From the human T2T-CHM13v2.0 reference genome, Homo sapiens: 64,000 nt of DNA. The number at the start of each line of letters is the position of its first letter. Positions within the stretch are counted from its first letter, which is position 1. The notes beneath the pieces were generated by a model, which was not told the origin of the DNA, ran no database searches, and worked only from the letters and a program-made list of their open reading frames with translations. Shown piece after piece: positions 28,596-43,057 of this stretch. Both the position numbers and the translations under genes were made by a program. The stretch lies in NCBI RefSeq assembly GCF_009914755.1, contig NC_060938.1. One strand, given 5' to 3'.

Positions 28596-30458
28596 GACTG
28601 TTCCCTTTTTCTACAAAACAAGATAAACTGATGATATCTAGGGTGGGGATCTGAAGTTATTTTAGCCCTTCAGCTGAGGAACTATTTTGTTTATAGATGA
28701 ATTAGAGAAATTTTAAATCCCCTGGGAAACCTGCCAAACTGAGACTTCAATGTTTTTGTAACACAATCATGAGAAATAAAACCTTTCAACTGTCCTTTTT
28801 TTAATACGTCCTGTTTTCATGGTTAAAATGTAAGCTGAGAAGTAACACATGAAATATTCACAACGTTTTCTCATTTTTAAATATATTGATTAGAGAACCC
28901 TGAAATTCTGTTAAACCATGGATATTCCATTTTTTTAAGTTTTAAAATATATTTCCGTTGAAAAATTTATATTCGAATCTGCTGAGAAAAGAAGCAAGTA
29001 TATCTTTTACTCCCCTACTTCCTTCCTATATCCATCTTGACGTTGTTTTCCTATAATACCTAATGTATCTTTAAAAATATGAGTCATATAAAATATGTTC
29101 ACAAATTAAGGATATAAACCAATAGGCAAAGAGATATGTAAGAATTCATTATACTATAGATAAGACAGAAATCAGTGGGAGAATAAAAGTTCTAAAATAG
29201 AAGTGCTAAACTGAGGTGGAAGAAGAGGGAAGAAAAGTAGGTAACAGCTTGATTACAAAATTGGGTGTATTTATGATGTATGATTGGCAAACTTGATAAG
29301 AGGGTTGCAGTGAGGCAGTGGGGTCAACAGCCTATATCAAAAGAGCAGTGGGGCAGTTGGAATGGGAGAAATCTTGAGAGATATTTCTATAAAGGGGGTG
29401 AATAGATGCATGTGAAAATTATACTGCACAGGTTAATATTTAAAGGACTCCAGATTCTGATAACAATTGGGTAACTAGAACATCCTATTTGAATGAGAAA
29501 ATTTATATGTACTGTAAAATGTGTGTATATGTGTACAAAATAAACACACATGCACACACACACATGCATCCATGGAATAAAGGAAATCCAAACTTTGAAG
29601 TCCAGCACCTTTGCGTCCCCTTTTCTCCTGATGGAATCTGAAATTTCGGAAAAGGCTGCTGTGAGACTAAAATCCTGAGTATCACGTTTTTGGCAGTCTT
29701 GTGTGGCAAGAGAAATAAATAGAGCGGCCAAGGAAGGAAAAAGGGAAGATGACAAACAACCAGATTCAGTGCAAAGAGCCAAAGAGGTAGACAGCAAGAG
29801 TAAGACACGAACTGTCCTCAACCAGACTGAAGTCTGGATACACATCCCCTCAATACCTAAAAAATACAGGAAAATGATCTCATTTTACAAGTTACTATGG
29901 GCACCTTGGAGGAGTAAAACTACATTTTCTCTGTAAGAAGTAATTTCTTAATAATCTTAAGGGACTTCTACTCTACTTCATGTGTTGCGCGTGCATGCAC
30001 ACACACACACACACTTCACACACATACCCAATATGTTTATAATATGTTTACAGTGTGTGACACAGGATGAAAGAAGACAATGTGAATCAAAAACTAACAC
30101 AACTACAAGAAATAAAATCAACCTTTTTGGCTATAGATGTTGGTGTTATCAGACACAAAGTTTAACCATGATCCAAATTTCAATGTTAATTTCAGTACAA
30201 CTAAAGCAAGGCATATATTTGTAAAATAATAGGATAAAAATGCTAAGGGTAAAAACTACAATTACTGAAAGTTAACGATGATACAAAAGTACTTAGCAAA
30301 TTAAGCATTAATTCCACTTTAACTGAAATCTTAAAAAGAAAGAAGACTAGACAGATGTGGCATTTGCTCCCCATTGTGAATGTACTAAAGGTTACTGAAT
30401 TTATCGCTTTAAATGGTTAATTTTAGGTTAGCGAATTTTATTTCAATGAAAAAAATGA

Positions 30459-30968
<510 letters not shown>

Positions 30969-31142
30969 TCAATGAGTATATCTTTCAACACTGAAGGTAA
31001 ATTTTTCAATGAGAAATAAAATGATCCCTGAGAGAAATATGAAGATCAAAAAAGGAATGAATATCAGTAGAAAGAGTGACTGTGTGAATATAAGTCAATC
31101 CAATTGAATATTGATTGTATAGAACAAAATGTGGTTTTGGTC

Positions 31143-31175
<33 letters not shown>

Positions 31176-31388
31176 GTACACATGAAGGGCAGAGACCAAG
31201 AGAAAGAATGAGAGAGACAGACAGAGGGAAAGGCAGATAGATTTACAGTATGTGAAGACAATAAAAATAGGTGAGGCTGAATTAAGCTAATACTCTAACT
31301 TACTTGGAATGAGTATTACTAACCTACACTTTACTAATGAATATTGCATGTCTATAACTAGGGTCATCAATAATAAGACAATGATACA

Positions 31389-32830
<1,442 letters not shown>

Positions 32831-33339
32831 AAATCACATCGTATATTTAATTTGGTATCTTACATTTTGTACTTCACATTATTATATAAGAATTTCCCTC
32901 AACTCTTATAATTATACTCTAAAAACATGATTTTAATGATTATATATGATTAGTTTGATATTTCATTATTCTCTTGTTTGATTTTTAGTTTTTTCTCAAA
33001 TTTTCTACATTATTTAAGTTTTATATTAAGCATCCTTAAATTATAGAAGTCATTTAGTACATTAATTACAGGGTCAAAAGATAGAAAATATTTTGAAGCT
33101 CCCTGTAGATATATTTATAAAATGTTATATATATATTAATCTTGCTAAATCTTTCAGAAACTTTGTGCCAGTTTACTTTTTTGCTAGTAATGCAAGTACC
33201 ACTGTTTCTGCACTTTTGCACCCAAATATATCAACTTTAAATCTTGCTAAAATAATAATAATAAGATAATGAAAGTTTATATAAGGGATAAGCATGGACA
33301 AAGAATGGACAAAGCATACTTTTAATTAATCTGAATGAA

Positions 33340-33535
33340 AGAGGGATATACAGTAGGTAAAACAGGAGCAAAGCCATATATATTAACAAGAACACTAAAA
33401 GTAAATGGATTAAATATTCCAATTAAGAAATGAGTTAAGCAGACTGGACAAAAAAGAAAAACCACATACATTGAACATACAAGAGGTGCAGCTTAAATAA
33501 AATTTACAGACAACTTGAAAATAAATAATATTGGA
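33340..33535 (+). mobile_element. Old L1M ORF2 endonuclease N-terminal fragment
   Basis: 'acactaaaagtaaatggattaaatattccaattaag' corresponds to the TL(N)VNGLNxPIK motif. Confidence 0.55.
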
Positions 33536-33539
33536 TCTG

Positions 33540-34170
33540 ATTCAATTTTTGTATTCTCTGGAAGAGTGTGTGTTTTGGAACAATCTGTTCTGTAATGCTT
33601 AGTAGAACTTTCCTGAAAAGTCATCTTTACTGCAACTTCGTGGAAAGATTATTCAACATTTGAAAGTCTATTACAGTTTTTTAAAAAATTTTCTTGTTTT
33701 AATTTTGTCATTGTTGTTTATAATATCATAGTAATTTGTTTATAATATCATCTTATTTTCCCTGTAATCTAAATAGCACAATGATTACGTTTTGTTTTTC
33801 ATGCCAGTTAATTTTAATTTGAGCTCTCTCTTTTTGATTATTCTTGCAATATTCTTAAATTTTATCAGTCTTTCACAATAACTCACTTTCAGATTTGCTA
33901 TTATTCTTCAGTAAGTTAGTTTACTAATGCATCCAAATTTTTATCTTTACTTTTTATTATTTAGTTTATTTTACTTGTTTTAGAATTTTTATTTTTTTAA
34001 ATTCTTAAATTGATTGCTTTCCTCTTCAATTTTGCATTTTGAGGACTATGTATTTTCCTCTAAATACTTCTTTAGTTGCAGTCCACAATTTTTGATGCAC
34101 AGTTTTTTAGCCATCATTCAGTTATAATAAGTAAATTCCCCTTTGGTTAATGTTTTGATGCATGAGTATA
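33540..34170 (-). mobile_element. Old L1M ORF2 fragment
   Basis: 'tattttcctctaaatacttctttagttgcagtccacaatttttgat' is typical L1M antisense. Confidence 0.55.
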
Positions 34171-34177
34171 TGAGTGC

Positions 34178-34539
34178 TGTATTAGTTCGTTTTCACACCG
34201 CTGATAAAGACATACCTGAGAGTGGGTAATTTATAAAGAAAAAGAGGTTTAATGGATTCACAGCTCTGCATGGCTGGGGAGGCCTCACAAACATGGCAGA
34301 AGGTGAAAGGCACATCTTACATGGTGGTAGGAAAGACTGAAATGAGAGCCAAGCAAAAGGCTAAACCCCTTATAAAACCATCAGATCTTGTGAGACTTAT
34401 TCACTACCATAGGAATAGTATAGGGGAACTGCCTCCATGATTCAATTATCTCCAACCGAATCCCTCCTACAACACTTGGGAATTATGGGAGCTACAACTC
34501 AAGGTGAGATTTGGGTGGTGATACAGACAAACCATATGA
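34178..34539 (-). mobile_element. THE1 (THE1B-like) solo LTR
   Basis: 'tgtattagttcgttttcacaccgctgataaagacatacc...gagatttgggtgg..acagacaaaccatat'. Confidence 0.9.
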
Positions 34540-35489
34540 AGAGTAAACTTCTGGTCACCAGTTTGAAAGACTGAATTTTTCCTATCCTTCCTGAGATTTG
34601 TTTTTTAGTTGACTCCTCTTGCCTGTTCGATTGAAATTTTATACTCACAAAGTTGAGAACTGTACTTTTCTATTTTTTATTGGGTTTTTTTTTTTTACCT
34701 GGAGCTACCCTAGGCTTAATATCCTGCTCTCTTGTCTACTGCAAAAAGGAAGAAAAATTTCAAAACTTCCAAGCTTTGTTAAAACCCTTTTTGGCACAGT
34801 TTTGCTTGGTTGCTCATTAACTGCCCAGGATTTCTGATTCCACTTGAAAGTTGTCCTTTATCAATTTCTTATTATCATTACTGATCAATGAAGGGTACCT
34901 TTCAAATGGTGCCCCTGACTCTAGTTTTTATTATTTCAATGATTTTTATTGGGATGGCTGTTTAGAGCTCTTATTATTAATATTGCCTGACTCAAGAAAG
35001 CTGAGTAGCTGAGTACAGCCTTGAAAGTAATTTCTTATAATTTATTATAAGATTACAATTTACTCATTCTTGACAGCGTTTTATAAGCAAATTAATAAAA
35101 ATTTCTTGTTATATTACATTTTTAAATGTGAATTTAAAAGGAGAGTCTAATAGAAAGGCTTCTACTCTTAACGTTAGTCATATTAGCTATGAAGAATTCT
35201 TAATAAATCTAATCATAGCAATATCTTAATAAAATTAAGAAGTTTTAGAGCCTGAATGTATTTTTGTGCCACATGTAGGATAACTGAAGCAAATATTGTA
35301 ATGAGATTTTTCTAAGGTCGTAAATCTAAGCTAATGAGAGTGAAGAGACTCTAATTCAGGACATTTGATTTCCATTTATCATTCTTTGTATTAATATTAG
35401 CCTAAATACTATTTTCTTAAATTTATCACATAAGTACTGCACTATGGACTTTGCAAACATTATTTTAGTTAATCTTGAAAATAAAATAG

Positions 35490-35605
35490 TGGGTGCTGAT
35501 AACGGGGGAGTCTATGCCACATGTGGGGTAGGAGGTATATGGGAAATCTCTACTTTTCTCTAAATTTTTCTGTGAACCTAAAACTGCTCTGAAAACAATC
35601 TTAAA
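35490..35605 (+). mobile_element. Short L1MC 3' terminus inserted in a MIR
   Basis: 'ggtatatgggaaatctctact...tttttctgtgaacctaaaactgctct'; flanked by aaaatag on both sides. Confidence 0.65.
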
Positions 35606-35760
35606 ATAGCAGTAGCTGTAAAGAAGCAACTGTTTTATTCTGATCTTGCAGAAGGAAATTAAGTTGTGTAGATGTTAATATCTTTTTCTCAAAGTCATGT
35701 AATGAGAGAGTGACACAAATAGCACTAGTATCCATTGCTTAATTCTCCAAAAGTAAGTGA

Positions 35761-35764
<4 letters not shown>

Positions 35765-35791
<27 letters not shown>

Positions 35792-35792
35792 T
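35765..35792. repeat. (GT)n microsatellite
   Basis: Dinucleotide run. Confidence 0.95.
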
Positions 35793-36714
35793 AGGGAGAG
35801 GGTGGGTCTGTGTGTGTTAATGGCTATATTTACACTCTGTTCTATTGCATGCCCAAAGGCTCTTAAGAACCACATAATTAAAAAGTCAGTTTGTGGTGGG
35901 GAGGTTTTGGCTTACAAAAGAGTTTTAAGGAAGTCTGGGTTTATTCTAATTAAGTGAACTACCAGGGTGCTAAATGAGATTCTGTGCTTGGCATACTCTC
36001 TTTGCTTTTGCATGGTGTTATATTTGTGGATGAAATATTCTGGGGATGAATGTTAAAAGCCCTTGTGCCACCTAGACCCTCTCCAGAATTATTTTCTGAA
36101 AACACTCTTCACTTTGGCAGCTGCTTTGCAACCTAGGAGTGCATTTTAATTGGCATCACATACCTTTATGGCTGAAGGATTTATTCTTCTCTCTACAAAT
36201 TCCCTCCCCTCTTTAACCTGTTAGTTGAAATATTTGAATTAATATCACAGAACTTTCCCATTATAAATTCTTTGGGATCATAGCGCAAAGGGATGGCAGC
36301 TTTTCTTTCAGCAAAAAAAGAGTGAGAATTAGCCTCTGCTAAAAAATGAAGTTTTGTTAATTTCTGCATTTCATTTTTCCCTTTCATCTTATTGTTTTGA
36401 TCTCTGCCAACTGCTATTTGTTCAATATGCCTCAATAAAGGTGAAAAAAAAGTATTTTCTATACATACTTTGTCAATATTATGTTAGTAACATTTTCAGG
36501 GGAGAAATGTTTTCTGTATTACAGTCCACAGCATTTGTCTCAATAGCTCAGACAATTTGAGGCATTCAGCTAATTTTAAGTAGGCATTTCTGCTTATTTC
36601 CCAGAAAATGTAGCTCACATAGTCAGCAATTTGCTTCTGTTTCTTAAAATGCTAAGCAGCTCTTCCATTACTCCCTGCATTTACCTTTAATAAAGTACAA
36701 GATGTGAAGTGGAA

Positions 36715-36950
36715 TTCTGGTGGCTAGGAACCCGGCTTTGAAGTCAGATGTGTCTGCTTTTGAATCTCAACTCGGCTTTTTTTGGCTCTATGTCTTTGGA
36801 CCAATTACTTGTTTTCTCTAAGAGTTAGTCCCCGAGTTGATAAGTTTGGGATAAGAATACTGAGGGTGAATAAAGAAATACAAGTAAAAAGCTTAGCAGA
36901 CCACTTGACAGACATTTATATTGCAGAAAATAACAGTAATTAACTATTGC
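36715..36950 (+). mobile_element. MIR relic
   Basis: 'ggctttgaagtcaga...ttgaatctcaactc...ttggaccaattactt...aaagcttagcaga'. Confidence 0.6.
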
Positions 36951-37736
36951 AATACAATTACCTAATAAAAGTATTAATAACATTGTAAGCCACAAGCTGA
37001 CAAGAAATGAACTTTAGAGAAATTGTCCCACTTTGGGAGAATTAAGAAAAGAATCATAGATTTGTGACATCTTGAATGTGACATTTAGCTATTAAATAAT
37101 AATTAAAGAAATTTACAGGTAAAGATAAATTTGAAGAACAATTGTAGTTAATTAGTAGTTACAGATAAATCACAATATTATCTTAAATCTTTAAAATGCA
37201 TGGGTCATTTTATGAATGCAAAATAGAGAAGCATTGCATTTAACTCATTGAATTTTCTGAATAATTTTATTGCATTTTAATTATATCATTTGATACCCAA
37301 GTAAATATGAGACAAAAAGTTAAGGTGCTTTTCTGTTAGTGAACTGACATATTAGTTAGATCAAATGCAAAATATAATAAAATCATGATTAGTGAAAATG
37401 CTTTACACCTCTGGTGTTTTCACTGTAAAGCACAATGGCTCATAAGTTCAAGGTTAACTATAAAAGCATTTTCTCTCTGTGCTTATACTATGTCTGTTAT
37501 TTTCAGCTTTCTATTAATTAGGTAAAATCTAATAATTTGATACAGTATGCTATCTCTAAATAGTATACAAGGTTTTGCAGTATGATAGAGGTTGAATTGA
37601 AAGTATATAAACTCTTGGAAATCTTCTGGATGATATACTCCATGGCTTTTTAAAACTTCTCTAATGAAAGACAAATTGTATAAAGCAGAAAATATTATAT
37701 TAAATAAAAAATACTCGGTTTTGATCTGTTAATCTG

Positions 37737-38207
37737 CAGCTCACCCTTGAACAACATGAGGGCTGGGAGCCCAAACCACTCTCTCAGTCCAAAATCCACA
37801 TGTAATTTTGACTGAGCCTAACTACTATTAGCCTACTGTTGACCAGTAGCCTTATTGATATCATAAACAGTCGATTAACACATATTTCATATTTTATATG
37901 TGTTATGTACTGGATGTTGTAATAAAGTAAGCTGGAGGAAAGAAAATGTTATTGAGAAAATCATGAGGAAGAGAAAATATATTTACTATTCATTAAGCAG
38001 AAGTGGATCATTATAAAGATCTTCATCTTCTGAGGAGGATGAAGAAGGGGAGGGGTTGGTCTTGCTCTCTCTGGGGTGGTAAAGGTGGCAGAAGTGGTGG
38101 AGGAACTGGAAGAGGAAGCAGGAGAGACAGGCACAGTCAATGTAACTTTTATCCAAGAAAATCCACATATAAGTAGATTCAAACCTATGTTGTTCAAGCG
38201 TCAACTG
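37737..38207 (-). mobile_element. Tigger2a (MER28)-type MITE
   Basis: TIRs cagctcacccttgaacaaca / tgttgttcaagcgtcaactg; TA at the right flank. Confidence 0.85.
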
Positions 38208-38221
38208 TAGTTATTTTCAAC

Positions 38222-38370
38222 TTATATGTATATGTACTCTATCTGCATGTATGTATATGTTAATTACATATATGTGTTTATGTATGTATATATGTGCATA
38301 TATACATGTGTGTGGGTGTATACTTATATATGTGTTTTATATATGTGCATATTTTAGTATGTGTCTGTGT
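38222..38370. repeat. Degenerate (TA/TG)n low-complexity tract
   Basis: Alternating purine-pyrimidine tatatg/tgtgtg sequence. Confidence 0.75.
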
Positions 38371-39099
38371 GGATCAATATACAGTTGATATGCTGATCAA
38401 TATACAGTTGATGACAACTCTATATTGTATTACAATATAATAATTGAAAAAGCTATTAGCAATTTTAACTATGTAAAATTATTTAAAATTTTCTAATAAT
38501 ACTTTAATTTGGAAAATAGTCACTTCAGTTTACATTACAATATTATGGCAAAAGATATATAAAATGCTTTTCATTTTTACTTAGATATCCCACCAATTCT
38601 TATCATCACAATGTAAATCAGAATGTATCAGTTATCTTTTATGTGCCTACCATTGTTCTACAAAATATGAAATTAAGAAATAAGATACAGTTCCTACCAT
38701 TTAAATCTTTACCTTCTTGTTGGAACATATTACATATATGGAAACATACACTTTCCTAGTGAATAGTTAATGATGAGAGTGAAATTGTGTTGCATAAATG
38801 GAATATATGCATTGGGAAGGATTTGCATCAGGCAATGATAAACAAGATTTAAAAACGCATACATAATAAAAGAAGCAACAGAAAAAGAGAGCAATTGAGT
38901 TGAGAAGGATACATCAGCATTTTAATGAAAAAGGGTAAACGAGAGTGTTTTAGGAACAGAAAATGAAAAGAAAATTTTTTGTGCTTAAAAAAAAATATGT
39001 TAGAGAAAGAAATGACCATGGCTTATTTGGGGAACAGCTAGAAACTGATCCTGATTGCCTAATTAGAGGCATTATGTGAGTGAGGAATAAGATGACATA

Positions 39100-39285
39100 G
39101 TATTCCTAAAAATTGTTCCAAAATCCCACTAGTATTATACCACATGCCAGAGTTGTTAACAATGAAAATTTCTGGGCCCTACCCCAAAGCTACTGAAAAA
39201 TTTCTTAGCATTTAGAACCATTTTCCATATACTGTCAACACTACCCTAGGGATTCTTCTCTACTCTAAAATTTGAGATCTTATTA
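39100..39285. mobile_element. MER5-like hAT MITE relic
   Basis: 'aatttctgggccctaccccaaagctactga...gggattctt...taaaatttgaga'. Confidence 0.5.
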
Positions 39286-39354
39286 TGAGACATCTTCAAA
39301 GTCCAGTTTACAAATTTAAACTTCAAGTGGTAGGAACTATAATACTTTTAATAC

Positions 39355-39582
39355 TGTCCACCAGGCTGGGGTGCAGTGGTGGGATCTCGGCTCAGGGCAA
39401 CCTCCGCCTCCTTGGTTCAAACAATTCTCCTGTCTCAGCCTCCTGAATAGCTGGGATTACAGGCATGCACTGCCACACCTGACTAATTTTTGTATTTTTA
39501 GTAGAGACGGGGTTTCACCATGTTGGCCAAGCTGGTCTTCAATGCCTGACCTCAGGCGAAGAGTGAGCCACCGCACCGGACC
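39355..39582 (-). mobile_element. AluS lacking tail and 3' end, with an internal deletion
   Basis: Begins 'tgtccaccaggctgg'; 'ctcaggcgaagagtgagcc' lacks the tccgcc...ttacagg segment. Confidence 0.9.
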
Positions 39583-41199
39583 CATTTCAATACTTATTTG
39601 CCTATACATTTGAAATTGAATAAATCAGACTCGATCTATATTGGTAAACATAGGAGATCACAACAAAAGAAACTATAATATTACTGTATTTTGTGTTTAT
39701 AACTATTTTTAAAGAGTTACACTGAGTTTAGCACAATATTTTATAAGTATTAGGAAACTAACACATACCTAAAAGACATTGACTATAATGAAAATTCCTG
39801 CCTTTATTTAATGAATGTTTAGGAACGCCTGAATTCCTAAAACTCCTGAATACTGTTATTATTACATGATTACAAAATATAAAGTGCTTAGAAGACTTAC
39901 TGTATTGATGAATGAAAGCATAGATTTTTGTAGAAATAAGCCATGTCAAGCTCATAAGACAGGAATCCTTAAGTAAAAACATTCATCTCCTTCTGTGTTA
40001 GGAATTACTAACAACATATTTTGAAAAATAAACAAATTAAGTTAGTTATAAAAATATTCATCTAAGAATCCACTTTATGTACCAAATGCAAATCTTTGAA
40101 GTCCTACATTATTTCTCCCTGCACACATCACCTTCTCCTTCTCAGATCTCATACCCTGTATTAGAATGACAGTATCAATTTTGTGTTGATATACATATTA
40201 GGATATTCAACAGTTAATATTCACAAGGGCAATTATGCATATATTAAATACCAGATTTTTTTCTCTGAATCATTTATGGTTTTTGTTCACTTTTCAATAT
40301 TTCCATATTTTTGCCTCTTCATGTTTAAGTATGGATATTTTCTTATGAGTTATCTTCCTGTTAATTATGTTTATCTTCAACTGTGTCACAAATATTTTTA
40401 AAATAAACTTATGCATTTATTTTCTAGTTGTATATACTCTATCTTTAAGTTCCAATAATTCTATTTTCTTCTTTCTTATGGTTTCCAGTTCTTGACTAAA
40501 TTTCTCAATTTTTCTTTTATCTCTTTAAACTTAATAAAAGCACCTATTCAAAAGTCTTGGTCTACAGTTTGCTACTTATCTTAACTTCTGTTTTTCATTA
40601 CTCAGTCTTTTCTTCATATACTCTTGGTTATCAAGTTTTTATCTTGCAAAGAAAAATTATCTTAAAGTTCAAGACAGATTAGTAGTTTTATATTTTGAAA
40701 CAATTTAAAGCTAGTCTTTAGTCCTTAAATTCTGCATATTTCTGGTTTACTCTTACTCTCAAGTAAAATCTTTTGGAATCCTAATTCCTAGAGTGTAATT
40801 ATTTGGAATCCTAATTCAATACATGAGAGGTTGGCTGGGGCCTCGAAATCCAGGGCTCTTGATCCAGGGGTCTTTGCACAGTTGACCCTACCAGGTTGTC
40901 AAAAGCAATACATAGTTTCTCAGCCTCTCAGCTACTCCTCTACAAATGACAAATCCTTCTAGCAGAAAATCAGTCTCCAATACTGACCTCAGTTTTTCCT
41001 ATTTTCTTTTGTTGAATCTAGCCATCACTCATTAACCATAACTCCTTTCTGCCTTATAGGCTCTCTAATAATTTTATGTTTTTTAAAAATATTTTGTTCA
41101 TTGAGAGAATGACATTGATCTTTTTCCTTCCTCACTGTTAAATCCCCAGGCCTAGCACAATTTAAATAACCAACATTCATTACATGCTAATATTTTATT

Positions 41200-41390
41200 A
41201 ACAATGTTGTAACTTATTTCTAGTAAAACCGCAGTGATATATTACTATCATCGCTCTTTTTTCTGCATCAAAACTGAGCTTTAGAAAGCTTAAATGCCTT
41301 GCTTATAGTTGCATAGCTAGCAAGTGGCACAGTCAAGATTTGGACATGGAGCTCTTGACACCAGAAACCAAAATCTGAGCCATTGCAATA
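41200..41390 (-). mobile_element. MIR relic
   Basis: 'aaaactgagctttagaaagcttaaatgccttgc...catagctagcaagtggcacagtcaagattt'. Confidence 0.7.
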
Positions 41391-42069
41391 TAAATTAAAA
41401 AGCATAGTGATGTTGAACAATATTTCTTGAATAAACTGATTTCAGATTTAATTTCATTTTTTTATTTTCCCCATGTTGACAAAGTTTCTAAACTCTGTGT
41501 TTTTACATTGTGAGATTACTTTATAAATTAAGTTACAATGAAATTCTTGCAAATATTTTGCCTTTATCTTGAATGTGAGTCAAAGCTATGTTTTGTTGTC
41601 ATTGTTGGAATAGGAGTTTAAAAATGATTACTACACCAAAAGCATAACCTTCCAGTTCTTTTTGGAATAAAACATTGGTAATACTTGTGTTCTTATCGTT
41701 TTGTTTATTTGGCTAAAATTAATATATAGCCTCTAAAAGTCTCATTTGATTAGGGATTTCTGTTAGTTAAATTCTGCTTTATAAAACTGCTTTGCTTATG
41801 TGTTTCTCATTTTCTAGGACTTTGTTTCTGCAAAGCCAAAATATAACTGCTTAAAGCAAAAGTTATTTAATAATGTTTAGATATCTAATGATTTATAATT
41901 ACTATTATCGTTGCCAGTAAATATTTATTGTGTTTCAATGGGTTATATTCCACTGTACTAAATATTTTCTTGACTTCAAGGTGTATTCTTTTGCATTTAA
42001 TGTTGTATATGTAGTCAACATAAGGGAGAATAACATATGCAGATGCAAAGTGTATTGGGCGTTAGAAAC

Positions 42070-42460
42070 CGATATGGTCTTGGTCTGTGTCTATACCCAA
42101 ATCTCACGTTGAATTGTAATTCCCAATGTTGGAAGAGGGAACTGATGGGAGGTGATTGGATCACGGGGGCAGATTTCCCCTACGCTCTTCTTGTGATAGT
42201 GAGTGAGTTCTCACCAGAGCTGATGGTTTAAAAGTGTATGGCACTTCCCCCCTTGCTCTCCCTCTCTCTCTCTCTCCTGCTGCCTTCTGAAGAAGGAGCT
42301 TGCTGCTTCTTTTCCTTCTGCCATGATTGTCAGTTTCCTGAGATCTCCAGTCATGCTTTCTGTTAAGCTCGTGAAACTGTAAGTCAATTAAAACTCTTTT
42401 CTTCATGAATTACTCAGTCTCAGGTAGTTCTTTATAGAAGTATGAGAATGGACTAATAAA
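42070..42460 (+). mobile_element. MSTA-type MaLR solo LTR with 5-bp TSD gaaac
   Basis: 'gatatggtcttgg...cccaaatctcacgttgaattgtaat...atgagaatggactaata'; gaaac at 42065-42069 and 42461-42465. Confidence 0.9.
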
Positions 42461-42736
42461 GAAACTTATTTTATGCACACATACACATGCAAAAATTACC
42501 ATACTATTTTAATAAATGTATCTTATTCTCTATTTATATATATCTAGAGAAAAGCCAAGGATTTCTTACTTAAAATTTTGTGCTCTTCATGTCAGGGGAG
42601 GAGCCAAGATGGCCGAATAGGAACAGCTCCGGTCTACAGCTCCCAGCGTGAGCGACTCAGAAGATGGGTGATTTCTGCATTTCCATCTGAGGTACCGGGT
42701 TCATCTCACTAGGGAATGCCAGACAGTGGGCGCAGG

Positions 42737-43057
42737 TCAGTGGGTGCACGCACCATGCACGAGCCGAAGCAGGGCGAGGCATTGCCTCACTCGGGAAGCG
42801 CAAGGGGTCAGGCAGTTCCCTTTCCTAGTCAAAGAAAGGGGTGACGGTCGGCACCTGGAAAATCGGGTCACTCCCACCCGAATACTGCGCTTTTCCGACG
42901 GGCTTAAAAAACGGTGCACCACAAGATTATATCCCACACCTGGCTCGGGGGTGGGGAGCGGGGGTCCTACGCCCACGGAGTCTCGCTGATTGCTAGCACA
43001 GCAGTCTGAGATCAAACTGCAAAGCGGCAGTGAGGCTGGGGGAGGGGCGCCCGCCAT
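42737..43057 (-). CDS. ORF0: L1 antisense ORF0 variant (106 aa, open)
   Basis: MAGAPPPASLPLCSLISDCCASNQRDSVGVGP... matches the ORF0 N-terminus; expression is not shown. Confidence 0.6.
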   Translation of the reverse strand: MAGAPPPASLPLCSLISDCCASNQRDSVGVGPPLPTPEPGVGYNLVVHRFLSPSEKRSIRVGVTRFSRCRPSPLSLTRKGNCLTPCASRVRQCLALLRLVHGACTH

